Shown here piece after piece: positions 8,181 through 17,551 of a stretch of 64,000 nt of DNA. Source of the DNA: an uncultured virus (IMG/VR IMGVR_UViG_3300042257_000362). Its lineage: Duplodnaviria > Heunggongvirae > Uroviricota > Caudoviricetes. Within the stretch, counting starts at the first letter, position 1. Each line of letters opens with the position of its first letter. The stretch spans positions 1 to 64,000 of IMG/VR virus record IMGVR_UViG_3300042257_000362; one strand, given 5' to 3'. Made by a program: the position numbers and the translations under genes. The notes below the pieces were generated by a model. The model saw only the letters and a program-made list of their open reading frames with translations, was not told the DNA's origin and searched no databases.

Positions 8181-9758
8181 ATGGTATTAAGACCTTATCA
8201 AAATGAAGCAGTCAGTGCAATTCGAAACGAATGGAGTCAAGGACATCAAAAAACGCTATTAGTACTTCCAACGGGTACTGGTAAAACAGTCGTGTTTTCA
8301 AAAGTTGTTGAAGAGGAAACTAAGGATGGAAGTAACGCATTAATTCTTGCGCATCGTGGAGAATTGCTCGATCAAGCTTCAGAGAAATTATTAGAAACGA
8401 GTGGATTGGATTCAGCTTTGGAAAAGGCTGAATCTAGTTCCATCGGTTCAAAAAAGCGAGTGACTGTTGCATCCGTTCAAACACTATCTCAAGAAAAAAG
8501 ACTCACAGCATTTGCTAAGAATCATTTTAAGACCATAGTAGTAGATGAAGCACATCATTCCATGAGTGATACCTATCAACGCATACTTACCCATTTCGAT
8601 GGTGCTAATGTGCTCGGAGTCACTGCAACGCCTGATCGCTCTGATCAGAAAAGTTTAGGAAAGTATTTTGACTCAAAAGCATATGAATACTCACTTCATC
8701 AAGCGATTAGAGAAGGTTATCTTTGCCCAGTTAAAGCACAGATGATTCCACTTGAACTCGATATTCACAGTGTCGGAGTGTCAAATGGTGATTACGCAGT
8801 TGGTGAAATTGGATCTGCACTAGAACCTTATCTTAATCAAATTGCACTTGAGATGCTCAAGTACTGTAAAGGTCGAAAAACTCTCGTTTTCTTACCACTT
8901 ATCAAAACATCACAGAAGTTTACTGAACTTTTAAACTTACACGGTATTAGAGCTGCAGAAGTTAATGGAAATAGCGTAGATCGCGATCAAATTTTAGAAG
9001 ACTTCAAGGCTGGAGAATACGATGTCCTTTGTAATTCAATGTTATTAACAGAAGGTTTTGATCTCCCAGCAATTGATTGCATCATCGTATTAAGACCTAC
9101 AAAGATTAGAAGTTTATACCAACAAATGGTAGGACGTGGGATGAGACTCCATCCGGGCAAAGAAGAGTTATTATTACTTGATTTCCTGTGGATGACAGAA
9201 CGCCATGATTTATGTAGACCATCTGCACTGATTTCTAAGGATGCAGAACTTGCTAAACGTATCAATCAAAAGATGATAGATAAAGAAAGTGGTATTGATT
9301 TACTTGTTGCAGAAAAAGAAGCTGAAAATGATGTGATTCAGGAACGTGAAGATGCACTTGCAAGAGAACTTGCTGCAATGCGCAGAAAGAAAACTAAACT
9401 CGTCGATCCAATTCAGTATGCATTTTCTATAGCCGCAGAAGATCTAGCAAATTATGAACCTACATTTATGTGGGAGATGGGACCTGCTACTGAAAGACAA
9501 CTTGATTACTTAGAAAAACATGGTATTTATCCAGAAGCAGTAACTAGCTGTGGCATGGCAAGTATGCTTATTGAAAAACTAAAAAATAGACAAATAGAAG
9601 GCTTAGCGACACCAAAACAAATCCGTTTCTTAGAACGTTATGGGTTCTTACATGTTGGTATGTGGGCATTCGATGCAGCAAGCAAAATGATAACTCGAAT
9701 TGCAGATAATCATTGGATGTTACCAAGAACTGTCAATGCTGCAACATATAGACCGTAG
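8181..9758 (+). CDS. Superfamily 2 DEAD/DEAH helicase
   Basis: LRPYQ, PTGTGKT, DEAHH, TATP, QMVGRG motifs. Confidence 0.92.
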   Translation: MVLRPYQNEAVSAIRNEWSQGHQKTLLVLPTGTGKTVVFSKVVEEETKDGSNALILAHRGELLDQASEKLLETSGLDSALEKAESSSIGSKKRVTVASVQTLSQEKRLTAFAKNHFKTIVVDEAHHSMSDTYQRILTHFDGANVLGVTATPDRSDQKSLGKYFDSKAYEYSLHQAIREGYLCPVKAQMIPLELDIHSVGVSNGDYAVGEIGSALEPYLNQIALEMLKYCKGRKTLVFLPLIKTSQKFTELLNLHGIRAAEVNGNSVDRDQILEDFKAGEYDVLCNSMLLTEGFDLPAIDCIIVLRPTKIRSLYQQMVGRGMRLHPGKEELLLLDFLWMTERHDLCRPSALISKDAELAKRINQKMIDKESGIDLLVAEKEAENDVIQEREDALARELAAMRRKKTKLVDPIQYAFSIAAEDLANYEPTFMWEMGPATERQLDYLEKHGIYPEAVTSCGMASMLIEKLKNRQIEGLATPKQIRFLERYGFLHVGMWAFDAASKMITRIADNHWMLPRTVNAATYRP

Positions 9759-9768
9759 GAGGACGTAA

Positions 9769-11754
9769 ATGGACAGTATATTAGAAGCTTTAAAACAAAT
9801 AGACGCATCAAATACAACATACGAAGAATGGATTCAAATAGGCATGGCTCTAAAAGTCGAAGGATATGACTGTTCAGTATGGGATGACTGGAGCAAGAAT
9901 GACAGCCGTTATAAAGACGGTGAGTGCGATAGGAAATGGGGAACTTTCAAAGGTTCCTCTATTCCCATATCAGGTGGAACAATTATCAAGATGGCAAAAG
10001 ATACAGGTTGGGAACCATATGGTGGAGTCATGGAATGGGACGACACGATTGAATACGATGGTGACGGATTAATTTACGACCCTACAACAGATCTCAAACC
10101 TTCTGAACAAATCATTAAATATCTTGAAACATTATTCAAAGATGATGAGAAAGTTGCTTTTGTAACAAATGATGTATGGCAAGACAGCAAAGGAAAATGG
10201 AAACCAGGAAAAGGATACTATGATCGAACTGCAAAAGAACTAATAGATGAACTAAAAAAACACCCAGATGATATTGGTGCAGTCATTGGTGACTGGAAAG
10301 ATGAATGTGGTGCATGGATTAGATTTAATCCGGTTGATGGAAGTGGTGTTAAGAATGAAAACATTACTAGATTTACCTATGCATTAATTGAATCAGATGA
10401 TATGCCTATTCCAGATCAAGATGCTCTATATAGAAGATTAGAATTACCAATTGCTTGTTTGGTTCATAGTGGTTCAAAAAGCCTACACGCAATCGTTAAA
10501 GTAGATGCTCCAAATTATCAAGAATATCGAAAACGAGTGGAGTACTTGTATGGTTTCTTAGCTAAACATGATTTCAAAGTAGATACTGCAAATCGGAATC
10601 CATCAAGGCTTTCAAGACTACCAGGAGTAACTAGAAACGGTGTAATTCAAACATTAGTAGATACGAACTTAGGTAGACGAAACTGGAACGAATGGATGGA
10701 TTTTGCTGAAGGTGTCAATGATGAAATGCCTAGTCTAAGATACTTAGATGAAGCACTTGCAAATCAACCTAAGTTACCTGATGAACTTATAGAAGGAGTG
10801 GTTCGTGTTGGACATAAAATGCTTATATCTGGTTCATCCAAAGCAGGGAAGAGTTTTCTATTGATGGAACTTGCAATCGCTCTATCAGAAGGAGTTAAAT
10901 GGCTTGGGTTTCAATGTAAAAAATCAAAGGTATTGTATGTTAATTTAGAAATTGATGAACCAAGTGCAATTAATCGATTTGCTGTTATATATAAGGCAAT
11001 GAAGGTAAAACCAAAATACAGTCATGACGTAGTTATCTGGAACCTTAGAGGTCGTGCAATGCCACTTGATAAATTAGTACCGAAACTGATAAGAAAAGTA
11101 GCAAATCAAGGTTTCGATGCAATCATTATTGATCCTATTTACAAGGTAATAACTGGTGATGAAAACAATGCATCCGATATGGGTAAGTTTAGTAATCAGT
11201 TCGACAAGATATGTAATGAAACAGGATGTACTGCTATCTATAGTCATCATCATTCTAAAGGCTCACAAGGATTTAAAAGAGCAATGGATAGGGCTTCGGG
11301 TTCTGGTGTGTTCGCACGAGATCCAGATGCACAACTCGACATGATTCAATTAGAGACAACAGAAGAATTTATGGCACAAAACGCAGATGTAATGACTTCA
11401 ACAGCATGGCGTTTAGAGAGTAGTTTACGAGAGTTTCAGAACTTTAAACCAGTGAACTTTTGGTTTGAATATCCGATACATAGAATCGATGATACAGGTG
11501 TATTAGCTAAGAATTATGCAGACGGTGATCCAAAAGCTAACCTTGAAAAAAGCGGTAAAAGAAATCAAACACCTGAGTCTCGAAAAGAAGGTTTCGACAC
11601 AGCGTTTGACATCAATGTAGACGAAGACGGAGTGTGTGATGTAGATGAACTTGCAGAGTATTTAGGTGTGAAAGAACGGACAGTGAGAGATCGTATTCGG
11701 GAATTTGATGACGACTATAAATACTCAAAAGGTAAAGTTTACCGACGTAAATAA
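9769..11754 (+). CDS. Primase-helicase (PriCT-2, primase, AAA_25, C-terminal HTH)
   Basis: YEEWIQIGMALK (PriCT-2), HSGSKSLHA, GSSKAGKS, IIIDP. Confidence 0.88.
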   Translation: MDSILEALKQIDASNTTYEEWIQIGMALKVEGYDCSVWDDWSKNDSRYKDGECDRKWGTFKGSSIPISGGTIIKMAKDTGWEPYGGVMEWDDTIEYDGDGLIYDPTTDLKPSEQIIKYLETLFKDDEKVAFVTNDVWQDSKGKWKPGKGYYDRTAKELIDELKKHPDDIGAVIGDWKDECGAWIRFNPVDGSGVKNENITRFTYALIESDDMPIPDQDALYRRLELPIACLVHSGSKSLHAIVKVDAPNYQEYRKRVEYLYGFLAKHDFKVDTANRNPSRLSRLPGVTRNGVIQTLVDTNLGRRNWNEWMDFAEGVNDEMPSLRYLDEALANQPKLPDELIEGVVRVGHKMLISGSSKAGKSFLLMELAIALSEGVKWLGFQCKKSKVLYVNLEIDEPSAINRFAVIYKAMKVKPKYSHDVVIWNLRGRAMPLDKLVPKLIRKVANQGFDAIIIDPIYKVITGDENNASDMGKFSNQFDKICNETGCTAIYSHHHSKGSQGFKRAMDRASGSGVFARDPDAQLDMIQLETTEEFMAQNADVMTSTAWRLESSLREFQNFKPVNFWFEYPIHRIDDTGVLAKNYADGDPKANLEKSGKRNQTPESRKEGFDTAFDINVDEDGVCDVDELAEYLGVKERTVRDRIREFDDDYKYSKGKVYRRK

Positions 11755-11942
11755 TACGTACGGAAAGGCAAAAATCACCTATCAGTAAATATTACGCATT
11801 TACGGTGTAAATAGGGTGAAATTACCTATACGTAAATGTTACGGAATGGCCTTATATATGTGTTGTACGTAACACGCTGACGCATGTTTGTAGGATAGGG
11901 CATTAAATGAGCCCTATCCCAAACAAATGCATCATCGTCAGC
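11745..11942. repeat. Short repeats plus long hairpin downstream of primase-helicase (candidate origin)
   Basis: Recurrent (C/A)GTAAAT, ACCTAT and ACGGAA.GGC units; hairpin 11876-11942. Confidence 0.45.
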
Positions 11943-11995
11943 ACTTGCCTATCTTCATCTGAAAATTCTAAAAAATTCTAAAAAAGGAGGAAACT

Positions 11996-12409
11996 ATGAA
12001 AATATTTCTACTACTAGATCCACCTACAATTACTGCTCAACAAAATAAAGTAACACTGGTGAACAACAAACCAGTTTTCTATAAACCTGAAAAATTAAAG
12101 AAAGCAAGACGAACAATTATCAAACATCTCAAACCATTCAAACCGAAGGAACCAATGCAAGGTCCAATCAGGCTTGATGTGATTTGGAGATTTCCTAGAG
12201 GTAAGAGACATAAACATCGGGAGTGGAGAGTAACAAGACCAGATACTGATAATTTGGAAAAGATGCTGAAAGATTGCATGACGGAAGTTGGATTCTGGAA
12301 TGATGATGCACAAGTGGTAGTTGAGCATGTGGAGAAGTTATGGTCCGATGATCCAACTGGGATATCAATCGAAATTAATGTGTTAAGTAAACTGAAGGAG
12401 GAGCTATGA
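11996..12409 (+). CDS. rusA: RusA-family Holliday junction resolvase
   Basis: RPDTDNLEKMLKD...WNDDAQVV catalytic motif. Confidence 0.88.
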   Translation: MKIFLLLDPPTITAQQNKVTLVNNKPVFYKPEKLKKARRTIIKHLKPFKPKEPMQGPIRLDVIWRFPRGKRHKHREWRVTRPDTDNLEKMLKDCMTEVGFWNDDAQVVVEHVEKLWSDDPTGISIEINVLSKLKEEL

Positions 12410-12852
12410 AAGATGTGAATGAATACCTAAGCCGATATCACAATACAAAAGTGAAGATTCAAAAACTACAAGCGTTAGTGGATGAATATATTCGTTTGGC
12501 TAATGAAGTACCAGGAATTCAATTTGATGCAATTCGAGTTGATGGTGGTAAAAATCTAAAAGCTCCATTTGAGAAGTGGATACTAAAAGCGCTGGACTAT
12601 GAATTAGAAATAAAAGATATGGAAAAGAATCTGCCAATCATAAAAGCTGACATCCTAAAAACGATAGAAAAACTCAAGGATTTTGAAATGGAACGTGTGT
12701 TAATTTTGCGATATATTGATTGGCTAACGTGGAATCAAATAGCAGCAAGGATGTATGTATCTATTTCGACACTAAAAAGGTTGCATAAGATAGCGATAGA
12801 TTGTATTTCAACAAATACTAAAGAAACACAAGAATTTAAGTGTGAAACGTGA
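12406..12852 (+). CDS. RinA/ArpU-like late transcription activator
   Basis: VLILRYIDWLTWNQIAARMYVSISTLKRLHKIA HTH; last early gene before the late promoter. Confidence 0.75.
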   Translation: MKDVNEYLSRYHNTKVKIQKLQALVDEYIRLANEVPGIQFDAIRVDGGKNLKAPFEKWILKALDYELEIKDMEKNLPIIKADILKTIEKLKDFEMERVLILRYIDWLTWNQIAARMYVSISTLKRLHKIAIDCISTNTKETQEFKCET

Positions 12853-12984
12853 TAAAATAATAATGGTGTTGAAAGCGCATCAACATCCGGTACAATGCTT
12901 GCTTGTGTTGAAAACTTTAGTGCACTAAGGGGAAGCAATATATGCAAAATCCAAACATTGTATTCCGCAAAAACAGGAGTAATT

Positions 12985-13134
12985 ATGAAAAGAATCTTTA
13001 AAAATCTTGCTATTGCGGCGGTTAATACATTATTATTTTGAGTTAGCATGAATATCGCTGGTCTAAATATTATGTATGCTGCTTTAGCATTCTGTTTTGC
13101 TTGAGAATTTATTAAAAAGCAAAAGCAGCTCTAA
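12985..13134 (+). pseudogene. Small hydrophobic ORF interrupted by two in-frame TGA
   Basis: AGGAG RBS; 49 codons with TGA at 13039 and 13102; followed by terminator. Confidence 0.4.
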
Positions 13135-13139
13135 CTGGG

Positions 13140-13172
13140 GAGTACCATCGTAAGGTGGTACTCAACTTTTTT
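13140..13172 (+). terminator. Intrinsic terminator closing the early region
   Basis: GAGTACCATC-GTAA-GGTGGTACTC then T-run. Confidence 0.75.
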
Positions 13173-13228
13173 ATAATATACAACTATATAAGAGCGTAAA
13201 TACAATCAAATGAATGTTTTTATAATTA

Positions 13229-13300
13229 TGGACTTTAATGGACCATTTTGAACCCCTGTGAACTATTGTGAATTTGTCAAGAGTGTGATAGTATTATAAT
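13229..13300 (+). promoter_or_regulatory. Late promoter with five 10-bp-phased TGRAY repeats
   Basis: TGGAC 13229, TGGAC 13239, TGAAC 13249, TGAAC 13259, TGAAT 13269; TATAAT 13295. Confidence 0.65.
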
Positions 13301-13457
13301 GAGCAAGGTGTAAGAAACATGGAATACTGGCTATGAGACCAGCCTAGAAACGAGAAGAATTCAGTAGAATGGGTTCTTTTTTGTTTTTGCAGAGATACTT
13401 GTAGTATTCCAACTGGTATATAATTACAATTTTTTGATACAGTTGGAGTGATTTTTT

Positions 13458-13985
13458 ATGAAAGGAAAGATGCTTGACACGTATGAGCGTTGGGAGAAAT
13501 CTGGACATTTAGAGAACAAATTAAAAGCCATAGCAGAAATGGTATCTAAAAGAGCTACTCAAAAACAAGTCGCTGAGTATTTGGGTATTACAGAAAAAAC
13601 AGTCATCAAGTTACGCAAAGCACATAAACGATTAGACGATGCGTTTCAGTTTGGTGATGAAGAACTAAAACTGAAGTTAGTTGATGCAATCTATCAACGA
13701 GCGATCGGTTTTGAATATGAAGAAACACAGACCGTAATCGAGGAAACAAAAACAGGTACGAAAAAGCGTATCACAAAATACAAGAAGCAATCGTTACCTG
13801 ATATTCAAGCAATCAAGTATTTGTTGATTACGAAGTTTGGTATTGAATACAACGAAAAGAAAGTAGAAATAGAACTAATGGAGAAACGCCTAGAAAAAGG
13901 TGAGGAGGTTTGGACTAATGAATATAGTGATGAAATCAGTATCAACACTCCAAGAGTACGAAAACAATCCAAGAAACAACGATGA
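13458..13985 (+). CDS. HTH protein resembling terminase small subunits
   Basis: QKQVAEYLGIT HTH; AIGFEYEE...LPDIQAIKYLL; first late gene. Confidence 0.6.
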   Translation: MKGKMLDTYERWEKSGHLENKLKAIAEMVSKRATQKQVAEYLGITEKTVIKLRKAHKRLDDAFQFGDEELKLKLVDAIYQRAIGFEYEETQTVIEETKTGTKKRITKYKKQSLPDIQAIKYLLITKFGIEYNEKKVEIELMEKRLEKGEEVWTNEYSDEISINTPRVRKQSKKQR

Positions 13986-15129
13986 GGCAATCAAAGCAGT
14001 TGCTAATTCAATCAGAGAGTTCGGTTTCAAAGTTCCCATTGTCATTACGAGTGATAACGTCATTATAGCCGGACATACCCGATTAAAAGCCTCTGTGTCG
14101 CTCGGTTTAGAAGAAGTGCCATGTATTATCGCAGATGACTTAAACGACGAACAAATCAAAGCATTTCGCTTAGCCGATAACAAGACAGCTGAACTAGCAA
14201 CTTGGGATTTATCGAAGTTAGAGGATGAACTAGCACACCTAGATATGGATATGCTTCAGTTTGGATTTGAGGAAATGGAAGAGTTGCTACCTGATAATGC
14301 AGCTGATGATGATTTTGATGTTGATGATGAAATCCCTGAAATACCATTCTCACAACCAGGAGACATTTATGAACTTGGACCTCATCGATTAATGTGTGGT
14401 GATTCGACTGATAGTGAACAAGTGAAAACATTGCTTGATGGAAAAGAAGTTGACATGATTTTTACTGATCCTCCGTACAATGTTGATTATGAAGGAACAG
14501 CTGGCAAGATTAAAAACGATAAGATGGAAGACGATACTTTCTATCTTTTTTTATTGGATGCTTTCAAGAATATGTTTGAACATACAAAGCCTGGTGGAGC
14601 GATCTATTGTTGCCATGCAGATACTGAAGGACTCAACTTCAGAAATGCATTCAAGAACGCTGGATACAAACTAGCAGAATGTTTGATTTGGGTTAAGAAT
14701 GCTTTAGTACTTGGTAGACAAGATTATCACTGGAGACACGAACCAATTCTATATGGATGGAAAGAAGGAGCAGCTCATTACTTTGTAGATGATCGTTCTC
14801 AAGACACTATATGGGAATATAACAAACCTAGAAAGAATGAAGAGCATCCAACCATGAAACCATTAGAACTTGTGGGAAAAGCAATCAGTAATTCCTCAAG
14901 ACGTCATGAATCAATATTGGATCTCTTTGGTGGATCTGGTTCAACGATGATTGCAGCTGATCAATTGGATAGAAAGTCATTCTTAATGGAACTTGATGAG
15001 AAGTTTATCGATGTAACAGTAAAACGTTATATAAAACATAAAGGTTCAGAAGAGGATTGCTATTTAATCAGAGATGGAAAAAAGTCTCCACTTAGCGATT
15101 TCGATTACTTTGAAAATAAGTCACTATAG
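13918..15129 (+). CDS. ParB-domain N4/N6 DNA methyltransferase
   Basis: N-terminal ParB-like IIAGHTR; TDPPY, HPTMKP, DLFGGSGST; start re-assigned to 13918. Confidence 0.92.
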   Translation: MNIVMKSVSTLQEYENNPRNNDEAIKAVANSIREFGFKVPIVITSDNVIIAGHTRLKASVSLGLEEVPCIIADDLNDEQIKAFRLADNKTAELATWDLSKLEDELAHLDMDMLQFGFEEMEELLPDNAADDDFDVDDEIPEIPFSQPGDIYELGPHRLMCGDSTDSEQVKTLLDGKEVDMIFTDPPYNVDYEGTAGKIKNDKMEDDTFYLFLLDAFKNMFEHTKPGGAIYCCHADTEGLNFRNAFKNAGYKLAECLIWVKNALVLGRQDYHWRHEPILYGWKEGAAHYFVDDRSQDTIWEYNKPRKNEEHPTMKPLELVGKAISNSSRRHESILDLFGGSGSTMIAADQLDRKSFLMELDEKFIDVTVKRYIKHKGSEEDCYLIRDGKKSPLSDFDYFENKSL

Positions 15130-15140
15130 TGAAAATATAA

Positions 15141-15199
15141 CTTGCTATTTGGTCTCTTTAGAGTGATATATATAGTAACCAAAACAAAGGAGGCTATTT
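15141..15199 (+). promoter_or_regulatory. Shared promoter/leader cassette (copy 1 of 3)
   Basis: CTTGCTA...AGAGTGATATAT...TAACCAAA...GGAGG; also at 34871 and 35822. Confidence 0.6.
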
Positions 15200-15577
15200 A
15201 TGTTTAAGGAATTTAATGCACATCCAAAAGGAATCAAGACGTCAGATTGTGTTGTAAGAGCAATCGCAACAGCAACCGGCACTGATTACCTAGAGTGCCG
15301 TAGAGAATTGAATCGCAAGAAACGAGAACTCGGATATTCAAGTTACAAAGACACGAAGTTCTTATACGATTATTTGAAGGGTTACCCTAGACTGATTTAT
15401 AAGGCAATCAAGGGAGAACCAAGAGTCAAAGGTAGCGACTTTACAGAGATGCATCCAAAAGGTACTTACATCCTTAAGATGGCTGGACACATTACAGCTT
15501 GTGTAGATGGAGTGATACTTGATACTTGGGATTGTTCCTATCGATCTGTTTATACAGCTTGGGAGATAAAGAAATAA
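15200..15577 (+). CDS. Conserved phage hypothetical protein (possible Cys-His-Asp peptidase-like fold)
   Basis: DCVVRAI...GHITACVDG..DTWD; own promoter and terminator. Confidence 0.65.
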   Translation: MFKEFNAHPKGIKTSDCVVRAIATATGTDYLECRRELNRKKRELGYSSYKDTKFLYDYLKGYPRLIYKAIKGEPRVKGSDFTEMHPKGTYILKMAGHITACVDGVILDTWDCSYRSVYTAWEIKK

Positions 15578-15582
15578 CAATT

Positions 15583-15602
15583 GGAGCGAAAGCTCCTTTT
15601 TT
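15583..15602 (+). terminator. Intrinsic terminator
   Basis: GGAGC-GAAA-GCTCC plus T6. Confidence 0.7.
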
Positions 15603-15627
15603 ACTAGTTGATAAAGGAGATGAAGTA

Positions 15628-16758
15628 ATGCAAGTAATAACAAGTGAATCCGTATTTAGTGGACATCCAGATAAGGTTTGTGACCAAATCAGCGATGCCA
15701 TACTAGATGCAATTTTAGAACAAGATAAAAATGCTCGAGTAGCAGTTGAGACAGCAATCAAGGATGATTTAGTATTTGTCTTTGGTGAGGTCACAACAAC
15801 TGCAAAAGTAGACTATGCATATATAGCGAAACAAAAACTCAAAGAGATAGGCTATGAAGATGAATTTGTTGTTATGGAAAAGATATCCAAACAATCACCA
15901 AATATTGCACTTGGTGTGAATTCAACCGAATCACATGAACAAGGTGCTGGTGATCAAGGGATTATGTTTGGTTATGCTTGTAATGAAACACAAGAATTTA
16001 TGCCCTTACCGATTATGTTAGCAAACCAAATTTCAAAAGAAATGGATACAATCCGTAAAGAAAAATATTCACACATCTTTGGCCCTGATGGTAAATGTCA
16101 GGTGTCTGTTGGGTATGAAAATGGAAGACCTAAGAAAGTACAGACTATTGTTGTATCAGCTCAAACCAAAGAGGGTGTAAATCGAGAGTTGTATGAGGAT
16201 ATCATAATCAACGAAGTACTTACTAAAGTATTTGATTTCGATACGATTGTTGATGCTGATGTGTTAATCAATCCTACAGGTGAATTTGTGATTGGTGGTC
16301 CTTATGCAGATTCTGGATTAACTGGTAGAAAGATAATCGTTGATACATATGGTGGTTACGCAAAACATGGCGGAGGTGCCTTTTCAGGCAAGGATGTAAG
16401 CAAGGTTGATCGTAGTGCGGCTTATTATGCCAGATACGTAGCAAAAGCCGTTGTCGGGGCAGGTTTGGCCACACACTGCGAGGTTCATTTGAGTTATGCA
16501 ATTGGAGTAGCTAATCCAGTGAGTGTTTTAGTTAATACCTTTGATACTGGTGTTACATCTGATGAAGAGATACAAGCACTTGTGAATTATGTGTTTGATT
16601 TCAAACCTGAAAGCATAAGAAAAGAACTCAACCTTGATAGTATTAAGTTCCAGCAGTTAGCAAAGTATGGACACTTAGGTAGAGAAGATTTAGATGTTAG
16701 ATGGGAACATGTAGATGATAAAATTACCGAATTGAGAAACCTATATGAGAAAGCCTAA
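15628..16758 (+). CDS. metK: S-adenosylmethionine synthetase (phage-borne)
   Basis: SESV..GHPDKVCDQISD, GAGDQG, GGGAFSGKD signatures; start re-assigned to 15628. Confidence 0.95.
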   Translation: MQVITSESVFSGHPDKVCDQISDAILDAILEQDKNARVAVETAIKDDLVFVFGEVTTTAKVDYAYIAKQKLKEIGYEDEFVVMEKISKQSPNIALGVNSTESHEQGAGDQGIMFGYACNETQEFMPLPIMLANQISKEMDTIRKEKYSHIFGPDGKCQVSVGYENGRPKKVQTIVVSAQTKEGVNRELYEDIIINEVLTKVFDFDTIVDADVLINPTGEFVIGGPYADSGLTGRKIIVDTYGGYAKHGGGAFSGKDVSKVDRSAAYYARYVAKAVVGAGLATHCEVHLSYAIGVANPVSVLVNTFDTGVTSDEEIQALVNYVFDFKPESIRKELNLDSIKFQQLAKYGHLGREDLDVRWEHVDDKITELRNLYEKA

Positions 16759-17029
16759 AGAATTACATCGATTCTACAAATCAGTAGCATGGCAAGTGGC
16801 TAGAGAAATCAAGATACGAGATGTTAATGGGAAGTGTGAAAGATGTGGTGCTTTTGGAGAAGAAGTCCATCACGTCATTAAACTGACAGTACATAACATT
16901 AAGAATCCAGCGATCAGTTTGAATCAAGAGAATCTCGAATTGCTGTGTAAGAAATGTCACAATGCAGAACACAAACGTTTCTCAAAGTCACAGCAATTTG
17001 ATGAAGATGGTAACTTGGTTCCAAGATAA
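16745..17029 (+). CDS. Packaging-associated HNH endonuclease
   Basis: CERC..EVHH...NLELLCKKCHNAEH; upstream of terminase. Confidence 0.88.
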   Translation: MRKPKELHRFYKSVAWQVAREIKIRDVNGKCERCGAFGEEVHHVIKLTVHNIKNPAISLNQENLELLCKKCHNAEHKRFSKSQQFDEDGNLVPR

Positions 17030-17085
17030 ACCTCGTTTTTATAATTCATTTTTGATATAATGTTTATAAAAAGGAGGAGAGTTAG

Positions 17086-17541
17086 ATGGCAAACTTAAAA
17101 TTAAAATGTAAAGTATGTGGGAGCGAATTTCTTTTTACAGACGGGGAACAAAAGTTTTATTCACAAAAGGGATATAATGTTCCTAAGAAGTGTCCGAATT
17201 GTAGGGGTGGCAAAAAATTCGTTTCTGGAAGAACTTGTTTAGATGTGTTAGCAGATTTGCATAAAAATGACCAAATAAGTTATGGAGATCTTATGGATTT
17301 TACAAGGAGTATCCGTTTTGACAATGGAGTTAATGCAAACTTACTGAAGGAGATTGGTAACATGCATAGAAATGATCAAATAAGTTATGGAGATCTAATG
17401 GATTTTATTAGAATAGTGATTGTTAATAAGTATAGTGGGGATATTCCGAGTAAGTTAAGATCATACAGAAATATGCATAGAAATGATCAAATAAGTTATG
17501 GAGATCTAATGGATTTTATTAGAAAGGAACTCCATAAGTAG
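17086..17541 (+). CDS. Zinc-ribbon protein with three HxNDQISYGDLMDF repeats (moron)
   Basis: CKVC..F.FTDGEQKFY..KG..PKKCPNCR ribbon; own TGATATAAT promoter and AGGAGG RBS. Confidence 0.75.
   Translation: MANLKLKCKVCGSEFLFTDGEQKFYSQKGYNVPKKCPNCRGGKKFVSGRTCLDVLADLHKNDQISYGDLMDFTRSIRFDNGVNANLLKEIGNMHRNDQISYGDLMDFIRIVIVNKYSGDIPSKLRSYRNMHRNDQISYGDLMDFIRKELHK
17362..17524 (+). repeat. Exact 52-bp intragenic direct repeat (17362-17413, 17473-17524), degenerate third copy near 17258
   Basis: ATGCATAGAAATGATCAAATAAGTTATGGAGATCTAATGGATTTTATTAGAA twice. Confidence 0.9.
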
Positions 17542-17551
17542 CAAGAATTGA

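Noticed and set aside
17258..17524. CRISPR-like repeat-spacer pattern
   Set aside because: Repeats are in-frame protein repeats within one ORF, with no cas genes. No CRISPR array was seen in the window.
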